Source of the DNA: Ionaspis alba
Lineage: Eukaryota
Direction of reading: 5' to 3'
NCBI GenBank assembly: GCA_964255285.1
Contig: CAXUUL010000076.1
Coordinates: 1 to 37,060, forward strand
DNA length: 37,060 nt
Positions 22,961 through 35,342 of the stretch are shown in pieces. The notes under the pieces are model-generated. The model saw only the letters and a list, made by a program, of their open reading frames with translations. It was not told the DNA's origin and searched no databases. The translations under genes and the position numbers were made by a program. Every line of letters begins with the position of its first letter. Within the stretch, counting starts at the first letter, position 1.

Positions 22961-24469
22961 TCACCCACTGTTCCTCTCATCCAAGAGCTTCGGCAGCAAC
23001 TGCGAGTATGTCAACCATCTCCGACGAAAGGCCTCCGCATCCAGCGACGGAAAGCTCGCAGCCTCTTCATCCCCACCATCACCGGGAAGCCACGACTGTC
23101 CTACCCAGCCAATAGCCTGCCTGGCAAAGAACTCCCGAAGCACATAAATGAGAGTCACAAGCTTACTATCCGTTGGTCTCCGCTTGCGAGATGGAGCTTG
23201 CAACACGGGGCGGACGACAGCAGATGTCTGGGCATCACCCTGGGACAAAGGACCAGGCATGTGCCCGCAAGCACCGGCAGCAGACTGCTTTGAGGGCCCT
23301 TTCCCAAGCCAGGATTGAATAAAGAAGACAACAAACACCATGATCATGAACACCACCGCAACCTTGAAGATCGGCAGATTCCGATGAAATCTCGCCGAAC
23401 CCAAGAAAGCTAGAATTCTCCTGCGGATTGGATCCCGGAAACCCCTTGACTCCGTAATCAGCTCCCGTGGCAAAGCAAAGAGTCCGCGTTTCTGGTGGCG
23501 GCCGTCAGGCACCTGTTCGCTCTCGTTGAAGCCTTCCATGATCATGAGCCCGGCGAGAGAGCCCAGTAGGAGGCGGCTCATGATGCGGCCGCGGCCGGCG
23601 CAGGGGATGTCTTCAGTGTCGAGGGCGGAGGATTGAGTGCCGTAACGGAGGATCTCGTCGGCGTAGTGGGGTTGGGAGGAAGTCTCCATTCGCAGACGGC
23701 GCATGCTTTCGGGGACTTCGAGCATACCGGTCGGCGCAGAGGGGCTGGAGCTCAAGGCGGCGGACTCTTCGGGTGTGTTGTCATATCGAGGTGCTTGTGT
23801 TGTTGACGTTTCCGTGGACTCGCCCTGTGTGCTCGACACTATGACCGGAGCTTGAGGTCTGAGTGCTTGACGGAGCCGGTTCCGTAGTGTTGAGTTGTCT
23901 TCCTGCAGTCGTTGATTTTGTTTCTCCAGCTCGTGGATGTACTCCGTGGCTTTGGCAAGGATGGTGGCCTTGTTGGTTCTGATACCAGAAATTGGGCCAC
24001 CAGTGTCATCGTCAGACCCTTCCGAATCACTGGAGCCTTCCTTTTTTGCCAATGTTTGCTTTCGAGCTGGGCGTAAGGCTGGCACGCTGTCCCTCAATGC
24101 AGAAATCTTGTCGTTCAGATTGGATCGATATCTCTTCTCTATCACATTATGGGACGTCTTCTTGACCTGCGGCTGTTTTGTATTGCCATTGCTCTTATCA
24201 TTCACACCAGCACTCTTTCTCTTTTTGTTATGAGGTGGAGAGGGGAGTGGGATGACGAAGCTCAGGGATGGGGAGTATCGTAATGTCGATTGCCCTTCGT
24301 GGCCAGAAGTGGAGTCACTGCCCAGGGACGGTGAACCGAATTGAAGCGTGGGGGAAGGAGTTATGCCCCCAGGAGACAGCGCGTCGATGGCCCCGTCCCA
24401 CTTCATCCACGTCTCCCATTCTTCAGCGTCGAAGTTCCTACTTCGTCCATGCGATACAGCGGTCGACAT
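22961..24469 (-). CDS. SREBP-type bHLH-Zip transcription factor with two hydrophobic segments
   Basis: KTSHNVIEKRYRSNLNDKISALRD...NKATILAKATEYIHELEKQNQRLQEDN carries the SREBP-diagnostic Tyr in the basic region. Hydrophobic stretches RLLLGSLAGLMIMEGF and IFKVAVVFMIMVFVVFFI. Single 502-aa ORF. Confidence 0.88.
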   Translation of the reverse strand: MSTAVSHGRSRNFDAEEWETWMKWDGAIDALSPGGITPSPTLQFGSPSLGSDSTSGHEGQSTLRYSPSLSFVIPLPSPPHNKKRKSAGVNDKSNGNTKQPQVKKTSHNVIEKRYRSNLNDKISALRDSVPALRPARKQTLAKKEGSSDSEGSDDDTGGPISGIRTNKATILAKATEYIHELEKQNQRLQEDNSTLRNRLRQALRPQAPVIVSSTQGESTETSTTQAPRYDNTPEESAALSSSPSAPTGMLEVPESMRRLRMETSSQPHYADEILRYGTQSSALDTEDIPCAGRGRIMSRLLLGSLAGLMIMEGFNESEQVPDGRHQKRGLFALPRELITESRGFRDPIRRRILAFLGSARFHRNLPIFKVAVVFMIMVFVVFFIQSWLGKGPSKQSAAGACGHMPGPLSQGDAQTSAVVRPVLQAPSRKRRPTDSKLVTLIYVLREFFARQAIGWVGQSWLPGDGGDEEAASFPSLDAEAFRRRWLTYSQLLPKLLDERNSG

Positions 24470-25226
24470 CGGCGTATGCGGGTTGCTCTTGGGGTAGGGG
24501 TTTCCAGGAGTTGAAGAGCGGTGAGAAGGAAGTCTTTATCTCGAGGTCGGAATGGAGGAATTAGAAGGGAAAGTTCGGAGGGTTTTAGTTATCGGCAAAG
24601 GCATTGGAACCGTCATATCCAAACACCGCAGATCATGCCAAACCTCACCCTTCGACCTGACCAGGTTTGTGCGGTCGGGGTCACTCGAGTCCGAGCTCTC
24701 GGAGGAACTATCGTGGACGGACGGCTCGATGTGCGAATTGCTGCGCCACATGATCGACGTAGTTTCCCCGGGATTTGGTGGCAACCCGTTGGCTAAAATT
24801 GGCATATGTTCATGGAAGAACCTTAAGCATTCATTAAGGGACTTTGAGATATAACCTTGATTACTCTAGGTATTGTCAAGACTTGGTTGAACAGACGCAA
24901 TTCGCTGATGGCACTATGATTTTTCGTAGAGGGTTGCCAGTCATGTGCTGAACATTCATGAAGGGCGCCAAGCTTTATGTCGAGTGTCGACAGCCCCTTC
25001 TCAGAGAAACTCGTCAACAACCCTTGCTGGGAGCAGAGAGTTGAGATCCTCCCTTTCCAAAGAAGCCAATTTATCACGAACCATCGCTACTGCTAGAATT
25101 TTTGTCAAAGCAATCTGCAACTACTGCTATTCGGTAAAGCTACGACCAGCAAAACCTCGCAGATCCACACCATGTCTTGAGCTACATCAAGCAAATCTCA
25201 AACAACCGATCCCTTTATCCCTTTCA

Positions 25227-28200
25227 CTACTTACTCAAAGGAGGCAATTCCCCATCCCAATTGACCTTCATCGTTAACGGAAATGGGAAATATCCTCCTT
25301 GATTCTCCGTCATGTAGATGTAAAACCCTCCAGGTCGCGGGATCTTCTTCAGTTGCCCCTGAGGACCCGGAGCTCTCCGCAGATTCTTCAGGCCCCCCAC
25401 TACCTTCAGCATAGCTGTTAGTGCCACACGGCTGGCATCTCTGCCCAGACAGCGATGCTCTCCAACGCCATAGTGGATGTAGGACTCCAAGTCACGATCG
25501 ACACGGACTTCGTTGGGAGAAGGGAAGATCTGCGGGTCACGGTTTGCGCCAACCTGGGTATTGTTAGCATTGAGTGCTTCCATCAGAGTCTAATGAACAT
25601 ACAAAACTGCAGAACACCTTGTCGCCAGGCTTCACGTGGACAGGATGCCCGCCATCGTCAATTGTAGTTGTGATTGTGGACTGGCGGTAGGACCCAAAGG
25701 TACCGTTTAAGCGAATTCCCTCCATAGCGTAGTGCATGAGCTTGTCATCCGCTTCGGGAGTATTTTGAAGTGCCAGACGACGGATCTCTGGCAGATGAAC
25801 AGAACCTTCATCGGACAGATAATAGTCGATGAGTTGTGTGAACTGTGGCCGTCATCATTAGCTAAATGGTGTTCTGTTCGTCTTTCGGAGACTGACTTAC
25901 CACCTGCGACTGATTGGGAATCATCGCAGTAGCTGTGGGAAGAACCTGAGACCAGGCAACTTCTTTTGCACCCAGTCCGCTTTCCAGAAGTCTCCGAATC
26001 ATGTGGACACCATATTCAGAGAGTTTGGTGTGATTGCTCATGAATCCATCGACGACAGGTGCCACCCAGCTGGTCATGTTGACCGTTTTCACGTTAGCCT
26101 CGATCAATTTGCCAAGCTTTTGAGCTAACGACTTCGCTGCGATTCGAAGGGGAAACGATTTTGCAGGATCGAAATCGAAGAACACGCGGCAGAATATTAC
26201 TGCAATGACCATGTAGAGTTCATGCTCGGTAAAGATGCCGCGAGGGTGCTCCTCCGTCTTCAGAGGCAGGGAAAAGATGTTTGATGCAAAATGGACATGC
26301 GCTAGGTTTCCGACGTCTCTAGTCAGATCGACCTGGTTGAGGTCGGCAATTTTGCAAGACTTCTCATGAAGCAGTTTCAAGGTGATGTATTCGTAGAATT
26401 CCTTGACTTCTTTATGCCAATCTCCACGATAGAGTGCTTTCCCCATGATTTGTCTTTGCTTCGCATGGAACGGCGTGTCCCCAGAACTAAGGAAATTAGT
26501 GGTAGCTGGAGCAGGGAGTTTGGACTACTCACAGCATAAAGTCATACCCACCAGGACCCATAGCGTCACCAGTTCCTTCTCCCCAAGTGACATTGAACGC
26601 TTGCTTGTCTGTAAGCATTGCTTTGGCACCGATGTACGAGGTCAGATTGATTCTAGGTGCAATCCGCACGGGACGGTCCCATGTGTAATCTCCAGAACGG
26701 CCTAGATCTTTGAGAATCTTGAGATTCTCGGACGGGATTGTCATAGGGTAGTGCTGCATTTCGTTAGGCTTCAAGTCGAAACAAAGGCCTCCATCTCCGT
26801 GAAGAACTTACGGCATAGATTGAATTGGGCTGGAAATGACTTGGGAAAGCTCGAAGGAAGAGTTTGTAGAAAACACAACCTTGTTCGATGTTCAAATCAT
26901 ATTGAACCTCGCTGTAGCCCCAATTGGTGAGGTTCTTGGGATGGTAGTCGGTCTAATCGAAGTCAGAGATCTTCACATAACGATTTCGAAGGATGTACTT
27001 ACAGTGTAGAACCGATCACTACGGACGAGCGTCACGGCATCGGAGAGGATGGCCCTTGAGACTGTGTAATTAGGGCATATGCCAACACCTGGTACCATGG
27101 GAGTCTTTGCTTCCTCGGCGACGATACCAGGATACATCTCCACGAAGTCGGGATGCTCATACAAGTGGCGGAGCTGATCTGCGACCTGAGGATCTATGAA
27201 GAATTAGCCTTGTAGACACCGTGATAAGTCCCCAACTAACCAGAATTGATCGACTCGAATGTCTCATGAGGCTTGAGGCCGAAAAACTTTCGGAACTCGT
27301 TCAGGGAGCCACAATTCCAGTATCTCGCCTGGTTCATGCCTAGAATCTCGACCGCTTTGAGCGCCTTCGGAACGTTATTGGCTCCGAATGATCCTGCTGT
27401 ATCCTCGATAGCTTCGGTCAATAACTCGACTAGTCTATCATCGCTGAATTTGCCATCCTCGCCTCGCTTCAATTGAGCGAAGGGACGTTTAATTGGATCG
27501 TTGGGAAGTGCTTTCTCCCACTTCCCTAAACCTTGCAGTAATTCGGGAAGAGAAACATCGTTTGAGGCTTTGCCGAACAGATCCTGATACATAGACTCTG
27601 TCCACTTTTCTTCTTTGGCACTAATCGCCGAGTGCCATCTGTACACCTAGTTGAGATTGTGTGATTAGTACACGTATTCACGGTGAGAGGCGAACCATCG
27701 TCTACATTGACCTTTTGCAGATGTCCCAATAATGTAGAGCAGTTCTTGCTTTGTAGTATCTGCAATTTTGGGGGACTTCTTCTTGCTACGAGGACAGGTG
27801 AGACCGAGGAAACTCACCAGATTGAATTCAGCGCTGACCTGATTGCCAACCCCTCTAGGTGCGGAGGCCTCGCCAAAGACTGTCTTGTCCATTACGACTC
27901 GTGGGTCGAGGGTCCAAGTCGTGTTGCTTCGATTGAGATTCACGATAGTGCGAAGGTAGTCACCAAGCGTAATGTTAATGTAAAGACCACAAGTAATGAG
28001 GCGTCCGGTCTGGAAGAGGTCGTTGTCGTACTTCGCATGGGCCTTCTCAGCTATCTCGGGAGACAATCCATTCTTGGGTTTATCGAAACGACCGTTTTCG
28101 TTAATGGCTGCGAGCTGCTCTACAATGTAGTTGTGGAATCTAGCCATCTCTTAGAAGGATAATCGCTTGAGGCGGATAGTAGCATACCGATTGAACATGA

Positions 28201-29419
28201 TCCTAAATCGCAATTAGCTCTACTCGACAATAACAAAATAGGATACTAACAAGATTATGCCAGACGCGGGAGGCATTCCATGGATCCTCTTCTCCGAGAA
28301 ACAGTCGGGCTTCAGCTTTCCATCCTTGAAAGTTCGGATTTGATCTTGGTCCTCTTGGGTGTCTCCGTACAGCGTGCTGAGATCCAGATAGCTCGAGGTC
28401 TGAGAGTTGTTGAAGTCGTGATGGTCGGTCTGAAATAGATCTGTCGTGATGTCAGAATTGGAAGGAGGAGCAAGCTTCACCCGGTTGTTCGCCCCGCACC
28501 AAACTTGATGATGCTCGAATGCAAGTTCATGCGTGCAGGTAAAGGACGACTCTTGGCCATTATTGCCTCGTTGAGGAATTCTCACCATGTATAATCAAAC
28601 TAGCCCATGCGTAGAGGATACTTGAGACCTTGTTGGGATGTGGCGTGAATTTGTGACGAGCGAAAAGGCTGTCGAAAATGAGACCAGGATCCGGCAAAGC
28701 CCCAGGCTGAATTGTGCCTGGAAAGACCGAGCGAGCGTAGGGTGTGTTGGCAGCTCCGAGCATTGGGTTCAGGATGTTGTTATAGGAGCCATCTGCCTGT
28801 CGATATCGGAACTTGTCGCCCATGTAGTTCGTTGGTGGGTGCTGTAGAGAGTCCCAGAGTTCGTCAACGAATGCGTGGGTCAGATCAGCCCTAGTCTTCG
28901 AGCGTGGTGGGAGGGCTGCTACAAGCTGTATACCACTGTCAGATCGGAATAGATAATAGGATTGTGAGGTTTCCCCACCTGTATCACGCGTTCCATCAAC
29001 ATGGTCTTGTCATCCTGCAACTCTCCCGTTGCCCTTGTCTTCATCACGTTCATCAAGGTATTGACATCCTTGAATCCCAAGCTCCTTATGTCCTGGAACA
29101 GTCCAGAAGGCACTTCGTGGTCTAAATACGCACCGTCCCCGGACTGCGTCGGGAGTGGACGCCGGGAAGCATGGAGAAGCTGTGCAAACTCTGCGAGAGA
29201 GCTCGCAACGTCGGACCTTGTCGGCGTGGGGTCTGGGTCTGTAGACTCGTTTCGAGCGGCCCCAGAAGCGCCATTGGCAAGGTTGCCGTTGGTGTGTCCA
29301 TTGGTATATCCATTGGTATGCCCATTGGTATTCCCGTTCGATTGCTCGTTAGCACGACTATGGGTGAGGTCCGCTTCGTCCTTCTTGCCCTTCTTGAAGA
29401 ACGAAAGTCTGCGAAGCAT
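25227..29419 (-). CDS. ppoC: Psi-producing oxygenase: heme-peroxidase fatty-acid dioxygenase fused to a P450 domain, PpoC/10R-DOX clade (multi-exon, about 9 introns)
   Basis: N-terminus MLRRLSFFKK, YRQADGSYNN, SLIIH|DLFQT (distal His), DYLRTIVNL, SAEFNL|VYRWH (catalytic Tyr and proximal His), LNEFRKFFGL, SDAVTLVRSDRF. P450 part has IPNQSQ, EGIR and YIHYGVGEHRCLG. Confidence 0.92.
29288..29337 (-). repeat. Coding 12-bp imperfect repeat encoding (NGxT)n in the Ppo N-terminus
   Basis: CCATTGGTAT-type units translate as NGNTNGHTNGYTNGHTNG. Confidence 0.8.
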
Positions 29420-32000
29420 GGTTGCTCCGAGATGCGTAGCAAGAACAAGACGAGCGTAGGCTGAATAAAAGAGATTTTGAGGTCCTCGTGCCGGTACAAA
29501 CGTGAGGGTACCTCTGTGTCTCGAGGATGAAGGACTATCGTTTGCACGAGAGGAACTAAGAACCTGTGACCCAAATGAGGCCAGTTGAGGCAGCAACGAT
29601 TGATACACCAATTGCAGTGGCTGAAATCACTTATGTACAGGATAGCTCGGAAGACAGGGATACCTCTTAGAGGCGCTGCAGAATGGTTCGCATGTTTGAT
29701 AACATTCCCGATCTTGGAACAGACTTTGCAGCTGGTCCGAGACGTCTCTCTGCCCGCGAAGACCTTGTGAAGATCGGCGGAGGTGTAGCCATCGATACAA
29801 GAGCCCAACTCAACAAATCACATTCAGAGGCAGACGTTCTGCAGGCATCATGGATGTGATCTGACTGCCTATCAATTAAGGATCGTTCGCTGGGTCGAAG
29901 ATCCCTGCCACAGTGTTCTTCCAGTGGGCCTTGTTACCTTTTCCAGCAAGATAGCTAAGACACAGGTTGCCATCGTCACTGGTGATACCTCAGCCATGAG
30001 AGCAAGCTCAGTCAGCTGAATTCAGACTATCGTGCTGCATCGACGCTCTCTAGCATAGATGCATCTGGTTAGCCCCATTGGCTACGAAAAAAAGGCAAGT
30101 AAAGTTTGAAGGAGGACAGGGTCTACAAGCACAAAATAATATTGCCGCTTGTACCGGAGATGTGCTTACAGATGGTGTGGTAGTACACATGCAATTGGAC
30201 GTGGCACAAGAACGGTGAACTACGCTCATATTGCGACTTCGGCACAGGCAAGGTCAGGTAAAATAGCGCGCAAATGAGAGCATGAAGGAAAGAGTAGCCA
30301 GGGAATCACGCTAGCTCTGTCCAGAAACCCGTGGTGAAGGGCAATGAAATCGATGCACAGTGCAGCGATGGAATAAAATGAAACGCAGCCAATGATGATA
30401 TGGCCCTGAAAAGCGAGGCTGTCACACGAGTCTATTGGTTCTCTTGCGGACGATTCGAAAACTAGCTCTGCGCAAGTCAACTCTCGTAGAGAGGAGCTGT
30501 TAAAAGTTTTGATAGCCACCACTTCTGGCTGAGCTGAAACTAGGATCTCGAAGCCCACGGCCCGTACCGAGGCTACCAATGACATCAATTCAATCGGCTA
30601 GGATTGCGGCAGAAGGATTCTAGTTGATGAGAACGTCGAAGGGGAACCAGGTTTCTTACCTTTTGTGATAGTTTAAGAGCAATGCAGGATGCATAAGTGT
30701 GGGTGATGCTTCCGAGAGCCACGGCAGAAAGAGTAAAGAGAGGTGGAGATGCAAGGCTCTGCGCAGCAAGACTAATGCTTGTTTTCGCATTTTGTGCAGC
30801 ATGGAATCGGAGATCGTGTCAGTCGTGCTCCATTTCGGAAACTGAATGGCACGGGCAGAGCACACTCGTGCAGAAAGAAGGTCGATGTACGAGCTCCGAG
30901 TACTACAGCCAAGCCCAATGTTGCAGGTCCGAGGGAGAGTGGTCGTCGGACACAACAGAGACATCGTTGTTGTATTGATTGCCCGCCAAGAAGGTAGGGT
31001 ATGTTCGAGCTAGTCTAGTCTCGATCTTAGTCATAACCTTAAGTCGCTTCGTGCCAACCCCCCCCGTATCGCTGCCAAACGGGAAAAAGTCTTTGCATAT
31101 CCGGCTCCTGCAAGTTGCTCGAGCTTCCACCGAATCTTTTGGCAATGCACAACTCCATCAGATGTGGTCTGCATTGTATCACTGTGACTGGCGTCGCCGA
31201 TAGTGGTGACTCCCGAATCGTGCAGAGTATACATTTCTGTACGCCGTACTTCATGAGTTCAGTCAAGTCAACCTCTTTCTGATCCATCATTGGATTCTTG
31301 CTTCCGACATAGAGAAGATTGCTGCATTGACGATCATTTACTACTCGTTCAGCTGTATGCATGCTATGCTCTGGGAATCGTACGAAGAATTGCTTCCCAT
31401 GTGATTGCAACGTAGAACGCTCTGAGAAATGCTGGCGGACTCCTCGCCTGTTATCGTTATCGAGTGCATCTTGCGAGACTGGTCGTCAGTAGGTCTTGGG
31501 TTCCTCAGTGCTGTACCAGGTCGGCTATTTATGTGTCGTCGAGTCCCTAGAACCTCATGTGGAGCAACGTTCTCAATCGGATGTAGGGTTAATCATCCTC
31601 CATGTGGGTCTACCACAATCTTTGTGTATCCTGCAGGCTCAGTCTGTCCGAGACATTCTTCGGCACCTGCTTTTCCGCCCCTGAAGCACTTCGTGATTGA
31701 ACTTGCATGTGCGGAGATGATTATGAACAGTGCCACAGACGCCATTGATATAGCCTATCAATGAGCACAGCCTAATAACACACTTTCCCTCTTCAGGAAC
31801 TGCAGCTGCCAATTCGGAAAGGGGTTGGTGAAGTCAGCTTCCTCTGTTTCATAGGAAAACTTGGGCGCCATGATATCAATGGCTGGAGATTTCACTCATT
31901 GCCGATAGCAGAGCGTCTTCCATCAATTCAAGGCAAAATTTCTGCTCAGGAATCAGCTTGGGGAACAAAACATCAGCCAGAACGATATCGGTGGGAGAAC

Positions 32001-34261
32001 ATGGCTGCCAATCCGTTCTATGGTCCAGCACGGCCGAGGAAGAAGTTTGTGCTTTGCTTCGATGGGACAGGAAATAAGTTCTCTGGTACCGATGCGGATA
32101 GCAATATTCTCAAGATATATCGTATGCTTGATCGCAGCGATCCCAATGAGCTCCATTATTACCAGGTAGGTGGACTGTCTCCATCTATTGCGAAGGGCTA
32201 CCTAAAGCCCTGAGCAGATTGCTGACACCACGCATAGCCAGGCATCGGGACATATGTCGGCGGGTCGATGTCTCATACCAGCTGGATAACGCGCTTCCAT
32301 TCATGGGCTCAAAAGCAAAGAGATTCCATGATTGGTACCTCCTTCGACGAGCATGTCATGGGAGGCTACAAGTTTTTGATGCGGTATTACTCGACAGGCG
32401 ATGGTGCGCAATCGTCAAATCGAACGTCGTTCAAGGCTGCTGAGATGTGACAGACATATATTTTTTTGGCTTCAGTCGAGGCGCATACATTGCTAGATTT
32501 CTCGCTGAGATGTTGGATTTCGTCGGCTTGCTTAGCGCTGGAAACGAGGAAATGGTAAGAGTGTTCTCTCTTTCATCTCTTGTTTCGGGTAGACCAATTT
32601 CTAGATTGTGATATCTGAAACTGGGCTCAAAAGATTTCATGGAACCACTTTGAGCAATAGCTCAAGCCGCAGGATTAGCCTGACTATGCTTGTCTCTTCA
32701 ATGCTGTTGTAATAGCAAGAGCCCAGACTTTACTAACTGTACCAGGCCAGATTCGCCTGGAAGGCTTTTGCTGCATGGCAGCAGAGGCAGGAAGGCACAG
32801 AAGAGGACAAGATAAAGAAAAAAGAAATGTTCAAGTTCCTGACCGGCTTCAGAGAGACGTTCTCTCGCCCGGTCCGCCGCATTAGGTTTCTTGGGCTATT
32901 CGACACTGTCAACAGTGTTCCCAGATTTGAAAATTCATGGATGCAAAGATCGAAATTTCCATACACTGCGAGGTCTTCCGCGTTGGTGATTCGACATGCT
33001 GTTGGGCAAGTGATCTCACGATTCAAGAGCTCAATCGCTAACCTGTGCAACAGAATCGACGAGCGGCGCGCGAAATTCCGGCAAGATTTGATCAGTGAGA
33101 CTAAAACCAGCAAGTTGAGAGGCAGACACAGAAGACATGCTTCGGTCAATCCTGCACATACGGGGACAGAATTGAAGACGCCAAATGGAGTCCAGAATCT
33201 AAGTGATGAAAGGGCAAAACCAAGCGAGCCTTCCACTCGATACAGACGTCCAAGCCATGCTCGCCCTAGTGTTCAATATGAGCGACAAAGATCTGTTAGT
33301 CCCAATCCGCGATTGCAGGGAGTTCCAGAAGTCGAGGTAGACTCGGTCAGAAGACTGGGTTCCGACACATCTTTGCTGCTGCCTCCGAATCACCCTCAAG
33401 ACGATGATGACGATGACGACGCGGATGAGGCGATCGCCCAGGACATCCAAGAGATATGGTTTCCAGGCTGTCATGCGGTAAGCCCCCTTCAACCTCGCTG
33501 CACACAGCTCCTGATCATGTCTCAAGGACATTGGGGGTGGCTGGAAACCCTCGCCGGGTGAAAAGCATCAGCTTAGTCACGGTCCCCTGGTATGGATCAC
33601 GAGAGAAGCGCAGAAAGCAGGCTTGAGATTCGACCATGAAAAGATGCTGCATCTCAAGTGCTGTGAAGAACAAGAAGATGAGCCATACACACGTGATGTA
33701 AGATCGGAGCACCCGCGTGGACTCTCGGTACCTCAGTTCCGCGTCAAGGGTACAGCTACACCCGATAGCAAGATATCACCCAACGACGAGACGGCGCCTG
33801 AGGAGTTCATGGCACCAAAACGCAATCCTCGCAAAGCAGCATTTCATGAAGCTCTCATCACGGCTGCCACACAAAGTCGACTGCACGACTGCCTCGAATA
33901 TGGAGGAGGCCTTCCCGCTGCATCGGTGCTCTCATGGAAGATCATGGAGTGGTTGCCGTTCAAGAGAATGGATCTCCAGCCCGACAATTCATGGAAATCC
34001 ATTTCCTGGCCGTTGCCAAAAGGTGAAGTTCGCGATATTCCAGAGGACGCCTGGATTCACGTTTCTGCGATTCGAAGGATGAAATACGATGAGACGTATA
34101 GGCCTGGAAATCTAATCGTTGGGGGCGGCGGAAGAGGTGTGCGGATTGCCCCAAAGGAGCTGGGTATTGGACAATGGGAGGTCTTCAGGGAAGAAGGTGA
34201 TCCTGTCGGTGAGGTTTATTTGAGGAAGAGAAAAGCCTCTACGTCTGATGAAACAGGATAG
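32001..34261 (+). CDS. DUF2235 / T6SS Tle1-like alpha/beta hydrolase; exons 32001-32165, 32238-32403, 32454-32554, 32746-33005, 33054-33477, 33527-34261
   Basis: [42 protein letters not shown] (nucleophile elbow), [39 protein letters not shown]; the Ser-Asp-His triad motifs are intact. Confidence 0.9.
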
Positions 34262-35342
34262 CTACACAACGGGCACTAGGGGACTTCCGCGAACAAGACT
34301 TGTTAGAGAACCGTGATATGACCTAAATGCCAAGATTACCTGTGCTTGCCTGTATTAAACGACTTTCGCTCGGAGTGTCAAAAGACGAGCAGATATTCCC
34401 TCAACTAGGATACCCATCACTTGTTTAGTCCCCATGTGATGACTGCGATTGGCGGCCATTGCAATGTGGCAGGTGCTTCCCGTTCTATTCCGAGAAATGC
34501 TGATCTTTGTCAAGGCCGAAGCCTGAGAGCCTGAGAGGGTCCACTACCACGACCAAAGCTTGGATTTCTTCCGAGTCAAACAACAAAGAATGTAATATCA
34601 GAAGGGCTTCTCTGTCATGGATCAGCCGGGAATTGGGGGCTGTTTGAAACGAAGTCCTCCGCTGGTCAGCCCTCGGTTGTCAACACTGTCGACGAATGTT
34701 CATTTCATTCCCTGAAGAGCACCTTGTCTTATCGTTTCCCTGCATAGAATCATGACCAGGCTATTTAGACCAAATCGTACGTATACAGAGCAGGAAGTCG
34801 CCACTCTTCTCTCGCTCACGCGTGAGTCCTCATCACCAACCAAGTGAGTAAAAGTCATGCGAATGATTCACCACTGAGTGGACCCAAATACAAATGTTTG
34901 TGGGCGTAAGCTCCCTTTTGTAGGCATATGCATATCAGCTGCACCTCTGAGTACATGCAGGAGAAGCTCTGTTTGCAGATGATTGTCACACCGTAGTTGC
35001 CTGTGACTCCTCTCGCACGTTTCCCCTACAAAGATCACATTCAGGGCGCTACAGATGATGAGAATCTAAAACACAGTTCAGGCGACGCGCTGGCGTCTAC
35101 TCTATTACTTGACTCACCACTGTCAGGTACTTCCCTTCTCTCTCGCCAGTACTAACCCAAATCCTGACGGCTTGCTTTCGATCATCCGCTTCGATGTTGA
35201 CAACGAATCGCTCGATGGATTAGAGTCTAAAATCTTTCATCATATTTCCGTCACAGGACCTTTACTTGGATGGTTGATGGGTGGCTCCCACTGAACCTTT
35301 GGTCAGCAATAGGAAGCAAAGCTAGAGGGCTTCTCTGCCGTT

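Noticed and set aside
29420..29808. Upstream extensions of the Ppo ORF from non-ATG starts (29611, 29808)
   Set aside because: ATG 29419 gives the PpoC-like MLRR.S.F.K N-terminus, and the upstream translation looks non-coding.
30226..31764. Several 60-123 aa ORFs between Ppo and DUF2235
   Set aside because: They overlap on both strands with no motif or coherent exon chain, so I treated them as intergenic. I could not identify a convincing SRE/E-box here either.
34259..34279. TAG-CTA readthrough-like context at the DUF2235 stop
   Set aside because: The extension would be only xLHNGH, with no PTS1 or other signal.
34815..34826. 12-bp palindrome CTCACGCGTGAG containing ACGCGT
   Set aside because: A single palindrome of this size is expected by chance in 37 kb.
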